Assembly (NCBI GenBank): GCA_032160745.1
Contig: JAVHVD010000031.1
Location: 25,749 to 89,748 of the forward strand
DNA: 64,000 nt
Direction: 5' to 3'
From: Pseudonocardiales bacterium
Lineage (GTDB): Bacteria > Actinomycetota > Actinomycetes > Mycobacteriales > Jatrophihabitantaceae
The position numbers and the translations under genes were made by a program. Shown here one piece after another: positions 57,894 through 64,000 of the stretch; position 1 is the first letter of the stretch, and every line of letters begins with the position of its first letter. The notes under the pieces are model-generated. The model worked only from the letters and a program-made list of their open reading frames with translations, ran no database searches and was not told the DNA's origin.

Positions 57894-57926
57894 GGCCTGT
57901 GGACAACGGACGGTCGTCCACAGGCC
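57894..57926. promoter_or_regulatory. Inverted repeat built from two DnaA-box-like motifs (could also act as a terminator)
   Basis: GGCCTGTGGACAAC-GGACG-GTCGTCCACAGGCC. Confidence 0.55.
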
Positions 57927-57975
57927 GCGGGAACGATCCGCGGCGCGTACCCGGATCGACCTAGCGTCTCCCGCC

Positions 57976-59457
57976 ATGGCCGCCCAGACCCGCCCTCGTC
58001 GCCTCCGCCACACCCCTCGGCACGCTCGGCGCCGTAACCATCGCGCGCGCCGGTTCGGTGGGCGGTGGCCGGTCGCGATCCTGGCCGTCCTGGCCGTGGT
58101 CGGTGCGCTGATCAGCGCGCAGGTGCGGGCGTCGGTGGCGACAGCGGCCGCCCAGCCGCAGCTGAAGACCGGCGCCGGCAAGTGGGTCGCCGGCCACACC
58201 GCCTTCGTCGGCTACTACCGGGCGCTGATCGGCGGCAAGTGGGTGAAGGTCTACTGCGTCAGCCCGGACAAGCGGACGCCGTCGCGGATCAGCCTGGCCA
58301 CTGTCTCCCGGCTGCATTCGGTGAGCGCCACCGTCACGCGTGAGCTGGCCCAGACGCTGTCGGCGCACGGCAACGCGAAGACGGCGGGCCAGGCCGAGGC
58401 GGTCAGCCAGGCGCTCAACTACGAGATCGGCAATCGGGCGGCCGTTGCCCACCGCGCCCGCTATCTGAGCCCGAGCGTGCAGTCGCTGGCGATGCGCTAT
58501 GTGACCGAGGCGCGCCGGTCCCGCGGCGGCTACCGGCTGGGGCTGCACCTGGCCAGCTCCCCGCTCCCTGGCCAGACCGGCCGGGCGTCGGTGTCGCTGC
58601 GCGGCGCGGGCGGCGGCCGGGCGGCCACCGTCCGACTCAGCCACAGCGGCAACGTGTCGCTGCCGCGTGCCGTGCGCACCGATGCCGCGGGACGGGCGTC
58701 CTTCAGCTACCGGACGACGGCCGGCGGTGCGGTGCATGTGGGCGCGACGGTGCAGGGGTTGCCGCCGATCACCGTGCGCACCTCGAGGCCGTCGGCCTCG
58801 ACGCAACGAATGCTGAGCTGGTCGCCGACCGCGTCGGTGCGCGCCTCCGCGACCTATCGGGGCCGGGTCGCAGGGTTCAGCGAGCGCTACGAGTGCACGA
58901 GCACCTGCGACGGGAATCCACTGGCCACCCTCACCGCCTGCGCGCCGGCCAACGGCTACCCGAGCAGCATCACCTACCGGCACGGCGCGACGGCGCATCG
59001 CGTCGACTTCGCGGCCGCCCGGAGCCGGACCTGCCACACCTGGCGTACCACGCTGCACGACGGTGAGGTCGTCACCGCCTCATGGCGGTTCCGTACGCCG
59101 CACGGGTGGACTGCGCCCATTCCGGCCGGCGGCTCGTTCCGCGTCGACTGCCCGCCGGCACCACCGGTCGCGGTCGCGATCGGTTACGACTGCCGCAGCG
59201 CCACCCTCACCATCGCCCTCGGGCGGCAGTCCGGCGGCCGCCTGCTCGGGCTGCACAACGCGACAGCGCACCGCATGGTGCTCGTGCTCGAGGGCGCCCG
59301 CGTCGGCCGCTTCACCGTGGCCCCCGGCGCCACGGCAACGACGCACTCGTTCCCGATCGTGTGCGGCGAGGGGGCGACGGTCGCAGTGAGAGCCGGCGTC
59401 CAACGCACTAACGGGACGTACAACTACGGCGGCACGACACGCGTCACGCTGCCCTAG
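57976..59457 (+). CDS. Secreted hypothetical protein with possible thioester-domain-like N-terminus and Cys-containing beta domains
   Basis: Basic N-terminus plus hydrophobic signal/TM segment; KVYCVSPD; several later Cys. Confidence 0.7.
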   Translation: MAAQTRPRRLRHTPRHARRRNHRARRFGGRWPVAILAVLAVVGALISAQVRASVATAAAQPQLKTGAGKWVAGHTAFVGYYRALIGGKWVKVYCVSPDKRTPSRISLATVSRLHSVSATVTRELAQTLSAHGNAKTAGQAEAVSQALNYEIGNRAAVAHRARYLSPSVQSLAMRYVTEARRSRGGYRLGLHLASSPLPGQTGRASVSLRGAGGGRAATVRLSHSGNVSLPRAVRTDAAGRASFSYRTTAGGAVHVGATVQGLPPITVRTSRPSASTQRMLSWSPTASVRASATYRGRVAGFSERYECTSTCDGNPLATLTACAPANGYPSSITYRHGATAHRVDFAAARSRTCHTWRTTLHDGEVVTASWRFRTPHGWTAPIPAGGSFRVDCPPAPPVAVAIGYDCRSATLTIALGRQSGGRLLGLHNATAHRMVLVLEGARVGRFTVAPGATATTHSFPIVCGEGATVAVRAGVQRTNGTYNYGGTTRVTLP

Positions 59458-59553
59458 AACCCTCGCGGCTCGGGGCGTGCGGGCCCGCTTTCCAGGCCGA
59501 GAGATCGGCCACCTCGGGGCGATCGGAGCGGCCTGCGCACTTACGATCCGACC

Positions 59554-61422
59554 ATGCCTGCCGAGCCGCCTCAGGAGCTGCCCGCCCAGGCGGCGACCGA
59601 TCCGCCCGCGACACTGGCCCTCGCCGCCGACTTCCCGGCGCCGACCCGCGATGAGTGGCGCGCCCTCGTCGCCGCCGTGCTGGCGAAGTCGGGTGTCGCC
59701 GAGGACGCCGATCCCGAGGACGCGCTGTCGTCCACCACCTACGACGGCATCCGCATTCGCCCGCTGTACACCGCCGACGACGCGCACGGCGTGGATGCGG
59801 ACGGGTTGCCCGGTCACCCGCCGTTCGTGCGGGGCGCGACCGAACGGGGGGCGGCCGCCACCGGGTGGGACGTCCGCACCCGGCACGCCGACCCGGACGC
59901 CAAGCGCACGAACACCGCCGCCCTCGCCGACCTCGAAACGGGCGCCACGTCGCTGTGGCTGGTCGTGGGTGCCGGTGGTCTCGACGTCGCCGACCTGGCC
60001 ACTGTGCTGGACCGCGTCTACCTCGACCTCGCGCCCATCGCCCTGGACGCCGGCGCTCAGTCCTGGCAAGCAGCGCAAGCTCTGCTCACTGTGGCCGAGC
60101 AGCGCGGCGTCGACCCAGCAGAACTGCGCGGCACTCTGGGCGCCGACCCGATCGGCACCCGGGCGCGGACCGGCGCCGACGCCGATGTGGACGTCCTGCT
60201 CCGTCTGGGTGAGCAGAGCAAAGCGTTCGGCACCATGCAGCTCGCCACTGTCGACGCGACCGTCTATCACGACGCCGGCGCGTCCGACGCCCAGGAACTC
60301 GGGATCGCCACCGCAGTCGGCGTCGCCTACCTCCGCGCGCTCACCGACGCGGGGCTGTCCGTTGACGACGCGCTCAACCGCCTCGAGTTCCGCTTCGCGG
60401 TCACCGCCGAGCAGTTCCCCTCGATCGCCAAGTTGCGGGCCGCTCGACGGATCTGGGACCGGGTGGCCGAGCTCTCCGGCGCGGCAGCGCCGCGCCGCGG
60501 TCAGTACCAGCACGCGGTCACCTCGGCGGCGATGCTGACCCGCCGCGATCCGTGGGTGAACATGCTGCGGACGACGGTCGGCTGCTTCGCCGCCGCGGTC
60601 GGCGGCGCGGACGCCGTCACCGTGCTCCCCTTCGACTCGGCGATCGGCCGCTCCGACGACTTCGCCCGCCGCATCGCCCGCAACACGCACTCCGTCCTGC
60701 ACGACGAGTCGAGCCTGGCGCGGGTGATCGACGCGGCCGGCGGGTCGTGGTTCGTCGAGTCGCTCACCGATCAGCTCGCCGACAAGGCCTGGGATGTGTT
60801 CACCGGAGTCGAGCGGGCCGGCGGAGCACTCGCCGCGCTGGACGACGGGACGATCGACGGCCTGCTCGCCGCGACGCGGGCCGCCCGCGCCGCGGACATC
60901 GCGCACCGCCGGGCACCGATCACCGGCGTCACCGAGTACGCGTTCGTCGGCGAGGCGCCGGTCGAGCGCGAGTCACTGCCCGAAGCGGCGCCCGGACTGC
61001 TGCCCCGCATCCGGTACGCGCAGGAGTTCGAGCAGCTGCGCGACCGCGCCGATGCCGCGCCGCAGCGTCCGGTCGTCTTCCTCGCCGCTCTGGGTCCGGT
61101 CGCGGCGCACAGCGCCCGGGCCGGTTTCGCCGCCAACCTGTTCCAGGCGGCGGGCATCGAGTGCGTGACCGGCACCGGCGAGCTCGAGGAGCTCGAGGTG
61201 GCGTTCCGCGCGTCCGGCTCGACGGTCGCCTGCCTCTGCTCGTCCGACCGCGTCTATGCCGACCAGGCCGCACCAGCCGCGAAGGCGCTTCGCGCCGCGG
61301 GCGCCGAACAGATCTGGCTGGCCGGCCAGGCCGAGACCGACGGCGTGGACGGCTACCTGCACGTCGGCTGCGACGCGCTCGCCGTGCTGCGCAGCACGCT
61401 CGAAAGGCTGGGAGTGCAGTGA
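59554..61422 (+). CDS. mutA: Methylmalonyl-CoA mutase small subunit
   Basis: [53 protein letters not shown]. Confidence 0.93.
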   Translation: MPAEPPQELPAQAATDPPATLALAADFPAPTRDEWRALVAAVLAKSGVAEDADPEDALSSTTYDGIRIRPLYTADDAHGVDADGLPGHPPFVRGATERGAAATGWDVRTRHADPDAKRTNTAALADLETGATSLWLVVGAGGLDVADLATVLDRVYLDLAPIALDAGAQSWQAAQALLTVAEQRGVDPAELRGTLGADPIGTRARTGADADVDVLLRLGEQSKAFGTMQLATVDATVYHDAGASDAQELGIATAVGVAYLRALTDAGLSVDDALNRLEFRFAVTAEQFPSIAKLRAARRIWDRVAELSGAAAPRRGQYQHAVTSAAMLTRRDPWVNMLRTTVGCFAAAVGGADAVTVLPFDSAIGRSDDFARRIARNTHSVLHDESSLARVIDAAGGSWFVESLTDQLADKAWDVFTGVERAGGALAALDDGTIDGLLAATRAARAADIAHRRAPITGVTEYAFVGEAPVERESLPEAAPGLLPRIRYAQEFEQLRDRADAAPQRPVVFLAALGPVAAHSARAGFAANLFQAAGIECVTGTGELEELEVAFRASGSTVACLCSSDRVYADQAAPAAKALRAAGAEQIWLAGQAETDGVDGYLHVGCDALAVLRSTLERLGVQ

Positions 61423-63590
61423 TCCCCGACTTCAGCAACGCCGTCTTGGCCACGCCGCGGCGCGACACGCCGCCGCCCGCGCCGCAGCAGGGCCAAGACC
61501 CGGTCAGCCCGTGGGAGACGCCCGAGGGGATCAGCGTTCCGCCGCTGTACACCGCGGCCGACCTCGCCGACATCGGCAGTGACGGCCCGCTCGTCCTCAA
61601 TGGTTATCCCGGTATCAAGCCGTACCTGCGCGGCCCGTACCCGACGATGTACGTCAACCAGCCCTGGACGATCCGGCAGTACGCCGGATTCTCTACCGCG
61701 ACCGAGTCGAACGCCTTCTACCGGCGCAACCTCGCCATGGGCCAGAAGGGGCTGTCCATCGCGTTCGACCTGCCCACGCACCGCGGCTACGACAGCGACA
61801 ACCCGCGCGTGGTCGGCGACGTGGGCATGGCCGGCGTGGCCATCGACTCGATCTACGATATGCGCCAACTCTTCGACGGCATTCCGCTCGACAAGATGAG
61901 CGTGTCGATGACGATGAACGGCGCCGTGCTGCCCGTCCTCGCGCTCTACGTCGTCGCGGCCGAGGAGCAGGGCGTCCGACCCGAACAGCTCACCGGGACC
62001 ATCCAGAACGACATCCTCAAGGAGTTCATGGTCCGCAACACCTACATCTACCCGCCGCAGCCGTCAATGCGGATCATCAGCGACATCTTCGAGTTCACCT
62101 CGCAGAAGATGCCGCGGTTCAACTCGATCTCGATCTCCGGCTACCACATCCAGGAGGCCGGAGCGACCGCCGACCTCGAGCTGGCCTACACGCTGGCCGA
62201 CGGGGTCGAGTACCTCCGGGCCGGCATCGCCGCCGGCCTCGACATCGACGCCTTCGCGCCGCGCCTGTCGTTCTTCTGGGCGATCGGCATGAACTTCTTC
62301 ATGGAGGTCGCCAAGCTGCGCGCGGCCCGGCTGCTGTGGGCCAAACTCGTCGGGCAGTTCGAGCCGAAGAACGACAAGTCGCTGTCACTTCGCACCCACT
62401 CGCAGACCAGCGGCTGGTCACTCACCGCGCAGGACGTGTTCAACAACGTCATCCGAACCTGCATCGAGGCCATGGCCGCCACGCAGGGGCACACCCAGTC
62501 GCTGCACACCAACGCACTGGACGAGGCGCTCGCACTGCCGACCGACTTCTCGGCCCGCATCGCCCGCAACACCCAGCTCATGTTGCAGCAGGAGTCAGGC
62601 ACCACCCGGGTCATCGACCCGTGGGGCGGCTCGGCCTACGTCGAGAAGCTGACCTACGACCTGGCCCGCCGCGCGTGGGCCCACATCCAGGAGGTCGAGC
62701 AGGCCGGCGGGATGGCGAAGGCCATCGACGCCGGGCTGCCCAAGCTGCGCATCGAGGAGGCCGCGGCCCGCACGCAGGCGCGCATCGACTCCGGCCGCCA
62801 GCCGGTCATCGGCGTGAACAAGTACCGCCTCGCCGAGGAAGACGACCTCGACGTGCTCAAGATCGACAACGCCGGCGTGCGCCGCGGTCAGACCGAGAAG
62901 CTGCAGCGGCTGCGCGACGAGCGAGACCCGGCTGCGGTCGAGGCCGCGCTGACCGCCCTCACCAACGCCGCGGGCGGCGAGGGCAACCTGCTCGCGCTCG
63001 CCATCGACGCCGCCCGCGCGAAGGCGACCGTCGGCGAGATCTCCGACGCGCTCGAGAAGGTCTACGGTCGGCACTCGGCGACGATCCGGACGATCTCCGG
63101 GGTCTATCGAGAGGAGGCCGGTGCCGGGGTGGAGACGATCGACCGGGCCCGCGCGGCCACCGAGAAATTCGCCGAGGACCAGGGCCGCCGGCCCCGCATC
63201 CTGATGGCCAAGATGGGGCAGGACGGGCACGACCGCGGGCAGAAGGTGCTCGCCACCGCCTTCGCCGACCTGGGCTTCGACGTCGACGTCGGCCCGCTGT
63301 TCCAGACGCCGGCCGAGGTGGCCCGGCAGGCGGTCGAGGCCGACGTCCACGTCGTCGGCGTCAACTCCCTCGCCGCCGGGCACCTGACGCTCGTGCCGGA
63401 ACTCCGCGCCGAGCTGGCCGCGCAGGGTCGCCCGGACATCATGATCGTCGTCGGTGGCGTCATCCCGCCGCAGGACTTCGATGCGCTGCGCGCAGCCGGA
63501 GCGGCGGCCATCTACCCGCCCGGCACGGTGATCGCCGAGGCCGCGATCGAGCTGCTGGGCAAGCTCACCCAACAACTCTCCGCGCTTTGA
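61419..63590 (+). CDS. mutB: Methylmalonyl-CoA mutase large subunit (B12-binding)
   Basis: [52 protein letters not shown]; GTG 61419 overlaps the mutA stop. Confidence 0.96.
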   Translation: MIPDFSNAVLATPRRDTPPPAPQQGQDPVSPWETPEGISVPPLYTAADLADIGSDGPLVLNGYPGIKPYLRGPYPTMYVNQPWTIRQYAGFSTATESNAFYRRNLAMGQKGLSIAFDLPTHRGYDSDNPRVVGDVGMAGVAIDSIYDMRQLFDGIPLDKMSVSMTMNGAVLPVLALYVVAAEEQGVRPEQLTGTIQNDILKEFMVRNTYIYPPQPSMRIISDIFEFTSQKMPRFNSISISGYHIQEAGATADLELAYTLADGVEYLRAGIAAGLDIDAFAPRLSFFWAIGMNFFMEVAKLRAARLLWAKLVGQFEPKNDKSLSLRTHSQTSGWSLTAQDVFNNVIRTCIEAMAATQGHTQSLHTNALDEALALPTDFSARIARNTQLMLQQESGTTRVIDPWGGSAYVEKLTYDLARRAWAHIQEVEQAGGMAKAIDAGLPKLRIEEAAARTQARIDSGRQPVIGVNKYRLAEEDDLDVLKIDNAGVRRGQTEKLQRLRDERDPAAVEAALTALTNAAGGEGNLLALAIDAARAKATVGEISDALEKVYGRHSATIRTISGVYREEAGAGVETIDRARAATEKFAEDQGRRPRILMAKMGQDGHDRGQKVLATAFADLGFDVDVGPLFQTPAEVARQAVEADVHVVGVNSLAAGHLTLVPELRAELAAQGRPDIMIVVGGVIPPQDFDALRAAGAAAIYPPGTVIAEAAIELLGKLTQQLSAL

Positions 63591-63607
63591 CCCCGGCGCG
63601 CACACAA

Positions 63608-64000
63608 ATGGACGGTTCCAGTGCGCGCGGCGGGGTCAAAGTCGCGGAGTTGGCCGCCTCGGTTCGGGCCGGCGAGCGGGCCGCGGTTGCCCGCGCGATC
63701 ACCCTCGTCGAGTCCCGCCGCACCGATCACCGTGAGCAGGCGCAGCAGCTGCTCGCCACGCTGCTGCCGCATACCGGCAACGCCGAGCGGATCGGGATCA
63801 GCGGCGTCCCGGGCGTCGGCAAGTCGACCTTCATCGACCAGCTCGGCGTGAACCTCATCGCCGCCGGCCGCCGGGTCGCCGTGCTCGCCGTCGACCCGTC
63901 GTCGGGGCGCACCGGCGGCTCGATCCTCGGCGACAAGACGCGCATGACTCGGCTGGCGAACGACGAGCGCGCCTTCGTCCGTCCCTCCCCGGCGGCCGGC
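63608..64000 (+). CDS. meaB: Methylmalonyl-CoA mutase-associated GTPase (3' truncated by window edge)
   Basis: Own translation from ATG 63608: ARAITLVES...[14 protein letters not shown]...[22 protein letters not shown]. Confidence 0.93.
   Translation, partial: MDGSSARGGVKVAELAASVRAGERAAVARAITLVESRRTDHREQAQQLLATLLPHTGNAERIGISGVPGVGKSTFIDQLGVNLIAAGRRVAVLAVDPSSGRTGGSILGDKTRMTRLANDERAFVRPSPAAG

Noticed and set aside
59554-61422. MutA lacking the DxHxxG cobalamin motif as a pseudo-enzyme novelty
   Set aside because: Normal for the small subunit of heterodimeric actinobacterial methylmalonyl-CoA mutase.

Overview
High-GC actinomycete chromosomal window; gene content and order suggest a Jatrophihabitans/Frankiales-like organism (inference). 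(1) 1-7.3 kb: L-rhamnose uptake and catabolism operon (rhaS fragment, rhaM, an extra fucose/arabinose-type isomerase, rhaI, rhaD aldolase-SDR fusion, a tiny LuxR-type HTH gene, rhaB). (2) 7.8-25 kb: five large secreted GH78-like alpha-L-rhamnosidase genes plus an internally deleted pseudogene. LacI-type operators sit at both ends, and a palindrome-bracketed DUF559/AbiEi-like nuclease gene lies inside the array. (3) 27-56 kb: conserved actinobacterial block of sdhCDAB, a nucleoside ABC transporter, cdd, deoA, add, glpK/glpD, deoC, upp, a phospho-sugar mutase and punA, with several inserted accessory genes. (4) 56-64 kb: DksA/TraR-like gene, DUF2891, a secreted protein and mutA-mutB-meaB. Best candidates for undescribed biology: (a) a SigE-family ECF sigma factor coupled to an anti-sigma-like membrane protein whose outer domain is an L,D-transpeptidase lacking its catalytic Cys (SHGTTN); (b) a membrane-targeted leader ORF ending in an RGPP arrest-type motif upstream of the DksA/TraR zinc-finger gene; (c) the palindrome-flanked DUF559 cassette; (d) DnaA-box-like motifs 50-52 nt upstream of three unrelated accessory genes; (e) MIRU-like intercistronic elements carrying coupling mini-ORFs. 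No rRNA, tRNA, CRISPR array or transposase was recognised. All family assignments come from motif recognition by eye; no searches were run.
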